From Deltaproteobacteria bacterium (lineage in GTDB: Bacteria; Acidobacteriota; Holophagae; Holophagales; Holophagaceae): a stretch of DNA of 42,988 bases. The translations under genes were made by a program, and so were the position numbers. Each line of letters opens with the position of its first letter. The stretch's first letter is position 1. Of the stretch, positions 9,276-18,186 are shown piece after piece. The notes under the pieces were generated by a model that did not search any database, was not told the DNA's origin, and saw nothing but the letters and a program-made list of their open reading frames with translations. The stretch spans positions 1-42,988 of the forward strand of contig JAIFMW010000111.1 of the NCBI GenBank assembly GCA_020048105.1. The letters are read 5' to 3'.

Positions 9276-11081
9276 ATGAGATCTGCCTCAGAAAAACAGG
9301 TTCACAACACCCTGGATGTCCTGGGGGCCGAGCTGCAGCGCATTTTGTCGCGCCGCCAATTGAGCCCCCTTTTCCAGCCCATTCTCGATACCCGAACCGG
9401 GCAGGCCTTTGGCTTCGAAGGACTAATCCGAGGACCGTCGGATACCGTTTTGCATTCCCCGATCAATCTTTTCAATGTGGCGCGCTATGCGAATCTTACG
9501 CCCCTGTTGGAGGAAGCCTGCTGTCGAACACTGCTGCAAGCCTTTGCGCGACAAGCCCCAGGTGGACGACTCTTCCTGAATGTGGGACCGGCCTTTTTTA
9601 CGAATAGTGCCCCATTCCGAATGGACGACGTCATGGCCTTCGGGTTGCGACCCGATCAAATTGTCATTGAACTCACGGAGAGTGAACCCTCATTCGACAC
9701 GGAATCCTTGCTGCGAGCCGCCGAACATTTCCGCGCCCTCGGCTTTACCATCGCGCTCGATGATCTCGGCGAAGGCTTCGCCAGCCTCAAGCTTTGGTCT
9801 GAGCTGCGCCCGGACTTCGTCAAGATCGACAAACACTTCGTTCAAGGGGTCAGTTTTGATCCCATCAAGCAGCAGTTCCTGCGCTCGATTCGAGACCTAG
9901 CGGCTGGAACCGGAGCCCGGGTGGTAGCCGAGGGCATCGAGACCGAGGCCGATCTTTCCGTGGTGCTCGAACTGGGCTTGGAATTCGTCCAGGGCTATTT
10001 GCTGGGCCGCCCGGTGCCATCCGTCACCCCACCCAATCCCCATCCGATGATGCGCAATGGAAATGACAATAGTCGCTCACCCCGTGGCTTCGGGAATCAG
10101 AATCGTTTCACCGCGAGCCGCCTCATGCAAACCGTGGAACCGGTGGATCCACGCACAGCGGTATCAAATGTCGCCGAGCGATTCTCGGCCGATCCTTCGC
10201 TCTCCACCCTACCCGTCGTGGATAGTGGAATACCGGTTGGCCTCCTGAATCGATACGCCTTCCTGGACCTGATGTCACGCCCCTTCGCGCTGGATTTGCA
10301 TGGCAAAAAAAGCTGCGACCGTTTCATGGAACGCCAACCCCTGGTGGTCGACCATGGCACCACCATTCAGGAATTAAGTCAGCTGATTGTGGATTCGGAT
10401 CCCCGGCATATTCTTTTCGGTTTCATCGTCACCCAAAATGGTGAGTACGTGGGTATTGGCAGCGGCCAGGAGCTCATGCGGGAAATAACTCGCCTGCAAA
10501 TGCAAGCAGCTCGCTACGCCAATCCCCTCACTTTGCTACCCGGCAATGTGCCCATCCACGAGCACTTGGATGGCCTTCTAGAACAAGAGCTTCCCTTCGT
10601 GGTTGGCTACTGTGATCTCGACTATTTCAAGCCCTACAACGATGTCTACGGCTATCGAAAGGGTGATGAACTCATCCAGTGGGCCGGAAAAATTTTCCAG
10701 GACGCCTGCGACCCGAATCTGGATTTCTTGGGCCACATTGGCGGCGATGATTTTGTACTTGTGCTTCGATCCGAAGACTGGTTGAAGCGCCTGGAAAGCA
10801 TTCTGCAACGCTTCCAAGAGGGTCGAACTATCTTTTTTCTTCCTTCGGATCTGGAGCGTGATGGCTACGAAACCGAAGACCGAAAAGGCAACACCGTCCT
10901 GCACCCGCTGGTTTCCGTTTCAATCGGCGTACTGCCCGTCACCTCTGGAACCTATGCCACCCATCGCGAGATTGCCACCGCTGCCAGTCACGCCAAGAAA
11001 ATGGCCAAAGGCATCGAAGGCTTCTCTCTGTTCATCGAACGCCGGAGTACTGGGATAGGCGTAACCGCACCCGGTGCATGA
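9276..11081 (+). CDS. EAL-CBS-GGDEF c-di-GMP signalling protein
   Basis: FQPI..FEGLIRG, LDDLGEGFASL, KID, AEGIE, QGY; CBS-like middle; ANPLTLLPGN, DLDYFKPYNDVYG, HIGGDDF; start uncertain (9201-9276). Confidence 0.9.
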   Translation: MRSASEKQVHNTLDVLGAELQRILSRRQLSPLFQPILDTRTGQAFGFEGLIRGPSDTVLHSPINLFNVARYANLTPLLEEACCRTLLQAFARQAPGGRLFLNVGPAFFTNSAPFRMDDVMAFGLRPDQIVIELTESEPSFDTESLLRAAEHFRALGFTIALDDLGEGFASLKLWSELRPDFVKIDKHFVQGVSFDPIKQQFLRSIRDLAAGTGARVVAEGIETEADLSVVLELGLEFVQGYLLGRPVPSVTPPNPHPMMRNGNDNSRSPRGFGNQNRFTASRLMQTVEPVDPRTAVSNVAERFSADPSLSTLPVVDSGIPVGLLNRYAFLDLMSRPFALDLHGKKSCDRFMERQPLVVDHGTTIQELSQLIVDSDPRHILFGFIVTQNGEYVGIGSGQELMREITRLQMQAARYANPLTLLPGNVPIHEHLDGLLEQELPFVVGYCDLDYFKPYNDVYGYRKGDELIQWAGKIFQDACDPNLDFLGHIGGDDFVLVLRSEDWLKRLESILQRFQEGRTIFFLPSDLERDGYETEDRKGNTVLHPLVSVSIGVLPVTSGTYATHREIATAASHAKKMAKGIEGFSLFIERRSTGIGVTAPGA

Positions 11082-11119
11082 CCATGCTTGCCCGGCGCGA
11101 AAGAAAACGTAGCCGACTT

Positions 11120-11162
11120 GCCCCTTTGCGGACACTCGTTGCTCACATCCGACGTGCTTAAT
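11120..11162 (+). promoter_or_regulatory. Weak Pho-box candidate for the pstS paralogue
   Basis: GCCCC(11120)/GACAC(11131)/CTCAC(11142) at 11-bp period, 10 nt, then CTTAAT. Confidence 0.4.
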
Positions 11163-11181
11163 GGAGCCTTGGAGGTTTGCC

Positions 11182-12135
11182 ATGTCACGTCTCACACGAA
11201 TCTTTTGGGTAATGGTGGGCTTAGTCTTGCCCGCAGCCGTTGCGCACTCGCAGGCGCTCGCCCCGCAGCAGATGCAGGAACGGTTGGAAGGCAAGATCCG
11301 CATTATCGGCTCAGACTCCATGGACCCCTTGATTCGACTTTGGGTGCAGGAGTTTCAGAAACGCCAGCCGAAGGTTGACTTTCAAATCACCTCGCATGGC
11401 TCCGGTACGGCCCCACCCGCACTTACGAAAGGCGAAGCCGAGATTGGCGCCATGAGCCGAGAAATGAATGCCAAGGAATTGGCGGCATTCACCGCGCAGC
11501 TGGGGTATGCACCCACCTCCCTTTGCGTAGGCTTCGATGCGTTGGCGATCTTTGTGAATCGCCGCAACCCACTTAAACGCATCAGCATCGAACAACTCGA
11601 CGCCATCTACAGTGAAACCAGGCTCGCAGGCTGGGCAACACCCATTCGCACCTGGCGGGATTTGGCAGGCCAAGGCTGGCGAACTTCCATCATCCGCCCG
11701 TACACCAGAGACGAAAAAAGCGGAACACGCGCCCTGTTCATGGAACAAGTGGCGCAGAAGGGTGGCCTGCTCCGGAAGGAAATCGAAGTTGCCGACCAAA
11801 TGGGAATTCTGGAAGCCATTGGCCAGAATGTCCGGGCCATTGGGTATGGGCCCACCAATTACTTGAACCCGCAGGTGCGCTTGGTGCCTCTCGCTGCCAA
11901 GGGCTCCCAAACGCCTTTGGAACCCACGACCAAAAATATTCGCACGGGTGATTACGCCCTGGCCCGTCGGCTCTACTTCTACGTCAACCTTCCAGCCAGT
12001 ACCCCGCTGACACCCGCACTTCACACGTTCCTGAAATTCGTGCTTTCCAAAAATGGACAAGACCTTGCAACGGGTTATGGCGCCGTGAGCCTGGATCCCT
12101 CTTTTGCGGATTCTCAAGCCAGCCAGTTGCGCTGA
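11182..12135 (+). CDS. PstS-family phosphate-binding protein (second paralogue)
   Basis: Signal peptide; GSDSM, GSGTAPPAL, AMSR, DALAIFVN..NP, SGT..F, Y.LARRLYFYVN; SD ggagg. Confidence 0.85.
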   Translation: MSRLTRIFWVMVGLVLPAAVAHSQALAPQQMQERLEGKIRIIGSDSMDPLIRLWVQEFQKRQPKVDFQITSHGSGTAPPALTKGEAEIGAMSREMNAKELAAFTAQLGYAPTSLCVGFDALAIFVNRRNPLKRISIEQLDAIYSETRLAGWATPIRTWRDLAGQGWRTSIIRPYTRDEKSGTRALFMEQVAQKGGLLRKEIEVADQMGILEAIGQNVRAIGYGPTNYLNPQVRLVPLAAKGSQTPLEPTTKNIRTGDYALARRLYFYVNLPASTPLTPALHTFLKFVLSKNGQDLATGYGAVSLDPSFADSQASQLR

Positions 12136-12142
12136 GGATGTC

Positions 12143-13588
12143 ATGACAACGTATACAGCTCTTGGCTCCACCCTTCTGGCCGAATGCTTGGCCGTGGATC
12201 CTTTTGGTTCCGTGCATCGCGGTATTGAACGTGACGGATCCCCGGCCGGGCGCAATGTCCTGGTCCGCCGCTATCACGACACCTGGCTCTCGGAAGGACT
12301 CCTGGCGCGCCACAGCGAAATTCGTCGAAATCTCATTTACCTCGGCAGTGTCCAGCTGTTCCAAGGTGTCCATCTGAGCCAAGACGATGCGCCCCACTTG
12401 GTCTGGCCCCTTTGCCAAGGGCGAAGCCTCGCCACGGTCCTACGCGTGGCCGAAGAGCAGGAACTCCCCTTCGGCCTCGATCAATCGCTGTTTCTGATCT
12501 GGGTGCTCTCTCACCATATCGCGCAGCTGCATCGCGCCAAGCTGCCCTTGGGCTTCCTCTCGCCCCACCGAGTCTGGGTTGGCTTTGATGGCCTCGTAGA
12601 ATTACTGGACGCGCCTGTCATCACGATTCTCGAAGACATCCTGCCCAACGTTCCTGGCGCGATGGAAGCCATGGCGCCCTACCGCCAAGGACCTCATCGC
12701 GAAGGCATCATGCACGATGCTTTCCAGATGGGCGCCCTGCTCTTCAAGATGCTGTTTCACAAACCGTTGCCCATGGATATCCCCCTGGACCACTCGATTG
12801 AAACCGCGCGTCTGCAATCGCCCGAAGGCACGGAGCCCCTGCCCGTTCTCATCAAGGAACTCTTGGCTCGATTGCTGGGCTTGAGTCGCCCCTTTGCCGA
12901 CCTTGAAGCACTGGAGGCCCACCTCGAAAACACCATGTTTGGCGACGATTCCTTCAACCCCACCACCTTCGGCCTTGCCTTCACGATGCACACCTTGTTT
13001 CGCAAGGAAGTGGAGCTGGAAAAACAGGCCATGGAAGCCGAGCGCCTGAATCCAAGGCTCTTCGCCTTGCTTGAGACACCGGCAGAAAGCCTGACCGAAC
13101 CACTCCAGCCGAGCCGAATGCCCCTGTTCAAGCGTGTCGCAACCTACGCGGCAGCCTTTCTGGTGGGTGCCGCTGCCTTAGGCGCCTGGATGCTTCCATC
13201 CCGCTTGAGGGCGCCCATCGAAACAGCTGGCCAACCGCCTTCCCCTCGTTCCCTCCAGGCAGTTCAACTTCCCGAACCTCTCCATGCGCCGAGCGAATCA
13301 ACACCGGTGCCCAACCCTCTTCCGGAGTCTCAGCCAATCGTTGTGAAACCGATTAGCCCAGCTCCCCAAAGCCTCCCACTTCCCACGCCGACCAGTCCGG
13401 TTAAGCTCCGCGTGTTTGTAGACGAGAAAGGGCGTATTCGACAGGCCCTTGTTCAAGATGGCGCAGCGAAAGGCAGCGATCGTGAAGCCAGAGCCATCGA
13501 ACTAGCCATGGGCAAACACCTCCCCCCGTCTCTGGAAAACGGTGTCGCAATAAGGTTTTGGACCCAACTTACGGTCCAAGTGAAGTGA
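12143..13588 (+). CDS. Pseudokinase - TM - Pro-rich linker - TonB C-terminal-like fusion protein
   Basis: Kinase-fold remnants (GRSLATVL, FLSPHRVWVGFDGLVELLD, DAFQMGALLFKML); TM AAAFLVGAAALGAWML; C-terminal VKLRVFVDEKGRI..P..NGVAI..W. Confidence 0.7.
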   Translation: MTTYTALGSTLLAECLAVDPFGSVHRGIERDGSPAGRNVLVRRYHDTWLSEGLLARHSEIRRNLIYLGSVQLFQGVHLSQDDAPHLVWPLCQGRSLATVLRVAEEQELPFGLDQSLFLIWVLSHHIAQLHRAKLPLGFLSPHRVWVGFDGLVELLDAPVITILEDILPNVPGAMEAMAPYRQGPHREGIMHDAFQMGALLFKMLFHKPLPMDIPLDHSIETARLQSPEGTEPLPVLIKELLARLLGLSRPFADLEALEAHLENTMFGDDSFNPTTFGLAFTMHTLFRKEVELEKQAMEAERLNPRLFALLETPAESLTEPLQPSRMPLFKRVATYAAAFLVGAAALGAWMLPSRLRAPIETAGQPPSPRSLQAVQLPEPLHAPSESTPVPNPLPESQPIVVKPISPAPQSLPLPTPTSPVKLRVFVDEKGRIRQALVQDGAAKGSDREARAIELAMGKHLPPSLENGVAIRFWTQLTVQVK

Positions 13589-13634
13589 CCGGCTCTGAAC
13601 CAGAACAACACAGGTTGTCACAACGATGTAAATG

Positions 13635-13677
13635 TACGAATGAGTTCGTTGACATATTACGAACTGGTTCGTATGTT
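13635..13677 (+). promoter_or_regulatory. Sigma70 promoter with two 16-bp palindromic operators
   Basis: TTGACA(13649)-17 nt-TATGTT(13672); TACGAAtgagTTCGTT (13635-13650) and TACGAActggTTCGTA (13658-13673). Confidence 0.75.
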
Positions 13678-13705
13678 GGATCTACTCCCATTGCGAGGTC
13701 GATCC

Positions 13706-14896
13706 ATGCGATTTGCCCGGACCCTAGGCCCCCTGTTCCTGCTGCTTTTAGCCTGTAAGGCACCCACGCCCAGACCTGCTCTTTCTGCCACCCAGATTTG
13801 GGCGGCCCAGGTGCAGGAGGCCGGAACCAAACCAGCGGCAGCCATTCCTGACCGCGAACGGGCCGAATTTGCTCAGGGCTTCGAGAATGGGGCCGCCATG
13901 GTGCGTAGGGCGCTCGACACCGGCAGGAAGCCCTTCGTGCTGCTTCCAGACCGGCTGGCAACGCCACCAGCTCCAAAGCTGCTGGGCCCCTTGCCCGAGG
14001 GCGTGACGCTGGCTCCTGACCCCCTACGAGTGGAATTAGACACCGCCACGGGTTTGCGAATTTGGGCGTGGGGTGCGGTGGAAGGCTCGGTCTATTCTCG
14101 CGGGCAGAAGGAAGGCTTTGCCTGGGCCCTGTCGCATCATGGCCAAAGCCTCGTTCAGCCACGGCGGCCTTCGATCATCCCCGAGCGATGGGTTCGCTGG
14201 CCCAAGGAGGCCGCCAGCCTCAACCTGGAAATAGCCACTCGCAAAGCCGAGGTCCATTGGACGCCCCAGGCCCTGTTCTGGAAAGCCTCGGGAGAGGGTT
14301 TCCCAATCGAACATCGGTGGCATCCGGCCGATGAAGCCTGGAGGCCTCGCTTCGCGGCGCTCCAGGAAGATGTGCTCTGGCTGGATACGCTCGGGCACGG
14401 TGCCGTGGCTCTGGATCTGGAAACGGGCTATATCCGGGATCTGAAACCATCGCCAAATCCTGCTGAACTGGAAGCAACCCTGGATGCGAAAGCCGCTGCC
14501 GAGAAGAATCGGATTCAGGAAATTTTGAAAGAATCCACCCCCGAAGCATCGCGCAAACGCTGGCAGGAAAATGCCAACTCCCCTCTGGCTCAGGCGATGC
14601 GCAAGGAACTGCGAGGGCAGGCCGAAAAAGGGAATCCTGAATTTATGTTCATGTTGGCCCTGAACCTCGCCAATCTCGGCGTTGCCGAAGAAGCCGAGGG
14701 TGCAACCTGGCTTCGCAAAGCCGCCGAGCAAGGCCATCCCGAGGCCATGAGTTTTCTGGGTGCCTGGCACTATGAAGGGCGCTGCGTCGAAAAATCGGAA
14801 ACCCTGGCCAGGAAATGGTTAGAGAAAGCGGCCAAGGCCGGTGATGGGGAGGCCAAAAAAATGCTGGCATCCCTGTTTGGAACATCGCGGCCATAG
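13706..14896 (+). CDS. Lipoprotein with C-terminal Sel1-like repeats
   Basis: Signal with lipobox LLAC; WLRKAAEQGHPEAMSFLG, WLEKAAKAGD; SD gaggt. Confidence 0.8.
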   Translation: MRFARTLGPLFLLLLACKAPTPRPALSATQIWAAQVQEAGTKPAAAIPDRERAEFAQGFENGAAMVRRALDTGRKPFVLLPDRLATPPAPKLLGPLPEGVTLAPDPLRVELDTATGLRIWAWGAVEGSVYSRGQKEGFAWALSHHGQSLVQPRRPSIIPERWVRWPKEAASLNLEIATRKAEVHWTPQALFWKASGEGFPIEHRWHPADEAWRPRFAALQEDVLWLDTLGHGAVALDLETGYIRDLKPSPNPAELEATLDAKAAAEKNRIQEILKESTPEASRKRWQENANSPLAQAMRKELRGQAEKGNPEFMFMLALNLANLGVAEEAEGATWLRKAAEQGHPEAMSFLGAWHYEGRCVEKSETLARKWLEKAAKAGDGEAKKMLASLFGTSRP

Positions 14897-14950
14897 CCCG
14901 ACGGCATCATCCGCCAAAAAATTGCGGTGAACTTGATCGATGCGTGGCCC

Positions 14951-15400
14951 CTAAAGGAGGCGATTGCTGGGTGTTCCCGATTGAAGGAACGAGGCAAACT
15001 GCACGGAAGGCGCGCTCTGAAGGCTCAAGTCCACCAGAATGCCGAATCTTTCGGCGGTGAGCAGATCCTGATGAAACGATTTCCAGGTAATTCCAAAATC
15101 GAGCAAATTGATTCGCGCAACGGCCCTCAGCAGGTCGGTGGGGTGCTGCAGGTAGGGCTGCGGCTCATGCAATTCGAAGCCTTCCAGAACCAGCGCACCG
15201 ATGATTGCAGCCCGAAATCGCAACTCGGCGCCATCCAACAAGCTGTCCAAAGTCACGGTGTTGGAGAAACTATTTTGCGCGCTCCAAGGAACCTCCACAG
15301 GAGTAGCATTTCCCCCCGTTCTGTGATCGAGGATTTGAGGTCTGGCAGTGGGACTGGATTCAATTCTGGAAACCAAGGGCATCAACGCAGCGTGCAGCAT
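14951..15400 (-). CDS. Hypothetical 149-aa protein, Pho-box preceded
   Basis: SD AGGAGG-aaagcg-ATG and a triple Pho box upstream; no family recognised. Confidence 0.6.
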   Translation of the reverse strand: MLHAALMPLVSRIESSPTARPQILDHRTGGNATPVEVPWSAQNSFSNTVTLDSLLDGAELRFRAAIIGALVLEGFELHEPQPYLQHPTDLLRAVARINLLDFGITWKSFHQDLLTAERFGILVDLSLQSAPSVQFASFLQSGTPSNRLL

Positions 15401-15419
15401 CGCTTTCCTCCTGTCAGAA

Positions 15420-15462
15420 AGGATCTGCACCCAGGGTGAAGAAGACGTGAAGGGTGTGTGAC
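15420..15462 (-). promoter_or_regulatory. Putative Pho box (3 half-sites) plus -10
   Basis: Minus strand: GTCAC-acaccc-TTCAC-gtcttc-TTCAC-10 nt-GATCCT. Confidence 0.7.
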
Positions 15463-15781
15463 AAGTCCGCAGATTCGTCGCCCAAAGTGGTGGTTTTCCC
15501 GCAGACCCCATCGTGGAGGTGCAATCCGCGATCAGCGCAAAAAGACCCAACCCGCTGGCTCAGGGTTGCTCTGGATGGGTCTATGCACCATTCGCCAACC
15601 GCCCACGAGCACTAGGATTACCCCCAATAGGAAAAGCGTAAACGGCAGCCAGCGAGCGGCACTAACCTCATGGGACTTATTCGTAATCGCCAATTTGTCA
15701 CCTCACGATTCGATAAACGCACCTTCTGATGACCTACTCGACCTAGGCGCACACGCCTAGCGATCAAATGACTTTGTCGAC

Positions 15782-15810
15782 AAGAAAGCGCCCCAACAGG
15801 GGCGCTCTCT
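15782..15810 (-). terminator. Rho-independent terminator after the porin gene
   Basis: agcgcccc-aaca-ggggcgct hairpin with T-rich tail. Confidence 0.8.
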
Positions 15811-15830
15811 TTGGCGAATTGAGATTTAAA

Positions 15831-17069
15831 TCAGAACGCGATCTGGAAGGCCACCACGAGGCTATCACCACCCTGCTCACCGGTCTGGATGGTGGGGGTA
15901 GCGCGGGGCACCAGGAAGTTCTTGCTGCGCATGACGTAGTTCACCTTGATGTTGGCGGCCTTCACACTGTCCGGCTTGAAGGCATAGGTGTAGCCAAGGG
16001 TGATCTCCGTGAACTCAGGGGTGTAGTCCACGGCAGAACCGTTCACGAGGCGGGGCGTACCCAAGGCGGTGTGGGTGTATGGGTTGTAGGGCGTGTACCA
16101 GTCGCCACCCTGGTTGTAGTTCATGAAGTCGTAGCGGCCAAGGACCGTGTGGTTACCAAAGGTGTAGCCCATGGTGGCCGTGTAGGTGAGGAACTTCTGG
16201 TCAAGATGCTCCCGCTTCACCGCGGGAGCGCTCGCGGCGAGGGTGGGGAAGCGGCGGCCCAGCTGTCCAGTGAGGGCTTCAAAGGAGGCATACCAATCGG
16301 AGGTGCTGAACTGGTAGAAAGCGCCCAGATTGCTCGTCTTGTCCTTGTTGTCGTAGATGGCTGCCTGATTAGGCCAGCCTGCGGGAGGCGCGGCAGGCGC
16401 GATAGCCGCGGCGGTCGTATCCTTAACATCGGAACTTCCCTGCAGGGCGTAGAAGCCGAACTTGTGCGCCCTGCCGTAGTTCATTTCCAGGCGGGCTGCG
16501 TACTCTTTCTGGGCATTGACGTCGTTGTTCTTGGCGCTCCCACCAAAGACACCCACGTGGATCTTGCCGCCAAAGGCCTTGGGATCGCCGAAGGGGAAGC
16601 TTAGGGCCGCGCCACGATCACGGTTGTCAGTGATCTGGCGTCCAGACTGAGAACGCTCCACCAGGACCAGTTCCGAGGAAGAGGTCTCGTGACCCTGGAG
16701 GGTCTTGAACTGCCCCACCTTCAGTTCCGCACCAAATGGGGTTTTGTAGATAATGGCGGCGTCCTGCAGAATGCTGCCGGAGCTGATGGTGGGATCGATC
16801 ATCGCCTCGTAGGAAACCTCATCCGTGATCTTGCCCGAGAACTTGATTTCCGCACGGCGGATGCTGAAGCTGTTCTCCTGGAATTCGCTGCGGAGGTTGT
16901 AGTACTTGTTCGGTGCCACACTCGTGCTGTTCAAACGGAGATTGTTGTCCAGCATCTGGGTATACCAGACCTGCAGGAGGCCGCTGATCTTGGGCGCCTG
17001 GGCCTGAGCGGTGGAGAGACCAGCCAGCGCGATGGCGGTGCCGGCAAGCAAACGAAGATTACGGGACAT
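15831..17069 (-). CDS. Phosphate-selective porin, OprO/OprP-like
   Basis: Signal peptide, FSIRRAEIKFSG, LKVGQFK, RDRG, C-terminal FQIAF; SD ggagg; next to the pst operon. Confidence 0.8.
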   Translation of the reverse strand: MSRNLRLLAGTAIALAGLSTAQAQAPKISGLLQVWYTQMLDNNLRLNSTSVAPNKYYNLRSEFQENSFSIRRAEIKFSGKITDEVSYEAMIDPTISSGSILQDAAIIYKTPFGAELKVGQFKTLQGHETSSSELVLVERSQSGRQITDNRDRGAALSFPFGDPKAFGGKIHVGVFGGSAKNNDVNAQKEYAARLEMNYGRAHKFGFYALQGSSDVKDTTAAAIAPAAPPAGWPNQAAIYDNKDKTSNLGAFYQFSTSDWYASFEALTGQLGRRFPTLAASAPAVKREHLDQKFLTYTATMGYTFGNHTVLGRYDFMNYNQGGDWYTPYNPYTHTALGTPRLVNGSAVDYTPEFTEITLGYTYAFKPDSVKAANIKVNYVMRSKNFLVPRATPTIQTGEQGGDSLVVAFQIAF

Positions 17070-17134
17070 GTGTCCTCCGTGAAAAGTCCGGGCGTACCCA
17101 GAATTGGTTTCTTCCGAGAAGCTCAACAGATTCC

Positions 17135-17172
17135 ATGGTGACGGAGCTATGTGAAGGTTCCATGAAGGTTCC
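17135..17172 (-). promoter_or_regulatory. Putative Pho box plus -10 of the porin
   Basis: 11-bp direct repeat ggaaccTTCAT/ggaaccTTCAC, 10 nt, then CACCAT. Confidence 0.7.
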
Positions 17173-17304
17173 GCCACGATTCAGGAACTATCGAGTGTCA
17201 ATTTTGTGTCGAGAAATTTGGCTCATTTTTTGGAAATGGATCCGTGTAAACCAAGCATGCAACATTCGAATTTTCGAACCGCACAACTCTCGCTTTTCTC
17301 TTTT

Positions 17305-17410
17305 ATCGGTGTCCATCAGTGTTCATCGGTGGCCAAATTTTCTTCTTCGTTTTCGATTTTCAGTAGTTCACAAAACATAAAAAAACATTTGCCACCGATG
17401 AACACCGATG
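17305..17410. repeat. Palindromic element C: arms of 10-bp subrepeats
   Basis: atcggtgtccatcagtgttcatcggtggc (17305-17333) vs gccaccgatgaacaccgatg (17391-17410); 19/20 complementary; AT-rich spacer. Confidence 0.8.
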
Positions 17411-17479
17411 AGAAGTGTGATTCTATTTTTGAGAATAAACTCAACTTTGGCGGCAAGGTTGGAGTTCCGAGAGCGAGGC

Positions 17480-18166
17480 CTAGTGAGCTTCTGGCCCCAA
17501 ACTTTCGGGGTGGCGAATATCGGTACCTTGAGTTAGAAACACCACCATCTCGGCTAGATTCGTGGCGTGATCGCCAATCCGTTCGAGGTACTTGGCAATG
17601 GCCTGCACGCCCATGCCGCGTTGAATGGCAGTGCGATCTTCCATCATGACGAGCAGCACTTGGTGGAAAAGTTGGGAATAGATTGCGTCCACTCCACGAT
17701 CTCGTTCAATTACCCATTTGGCTTTGGCGGAATCCGCCGCCACAAAAGCGTCGAGCGCATCGCGAACCATGTTCTGCACGATATCGGCCATGGTCAAAAT
17801 ATCCGGCCAATCGCGGCGCGGTGGATCGGAGGAAATATCCAACACCCGTTCGCTGATATTCACGGCCAAATCACCAATGCGTTCCAAATCCGTTACTAGC
17901 TTCAGTGCCGTGGTGATGAAGCGCAGATCCGAGGCCACCGGCTGACGACGCGCCAGGATATTAAGGCAGAACCCGTCGATCTCTACTTCCAGACGATTGA
18001 TATCGTGATCGAATTCAATGGTGCGGTTGGCCAGAGCGTTGTCTTGTTCATGAAAGGCGCGAACGCTTGTGGCCACCATGGTTTCCACCTTGGCACCCAT
18101 GAGCAAAATCTTCTCGCGCAGCTTCGCGAGTTCGTCTTCAAAACCTTTGTCGGTGTGCAGTGTCAT
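17480..18166 (-). CDS. phoU: Phosphate signalling protein PhoU
   Basis: RQPVASDLR, DLERIGDLAVNI, LERIGDHATNLAE. Confidence 0.95.
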   Translation of the reverse strand: MTLHTDKGFEDELAKLREKILLMGAKVETMVATSVRAFHEQDNALANRTIEFDHDINRLEVEIDGFCLNILARRQPVASDLRFITTALKLVTDLERIGDLAVNISERVLDISSDPPRRDWPDILTMADIVQNMVRDALDAFVAADSAKAKWVIERDRGVDAIYSQLFHQVLLVMMEDRTAIQRGMGVQAIAKYLERIGDHATNLAEMVVFLTQGTDIRHPESLGPEAH

Positions 18167-18186
18167 ATCGAATCCTAAAAAGAAAT

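Noticed and set aside
14927..15439. 170-aa plus-strand ORF
   Set aside because: No SD or motifs; the minus-strand frame has a strong SD and Pho box
15768..16604. 278-aa plus-strand ORF, and similar long ORFs at 3989-4912, 11311-12255, 28348-29292, 29476-30222 and 39303-40325
   Set aside because: All are antisense to confidently identified genes
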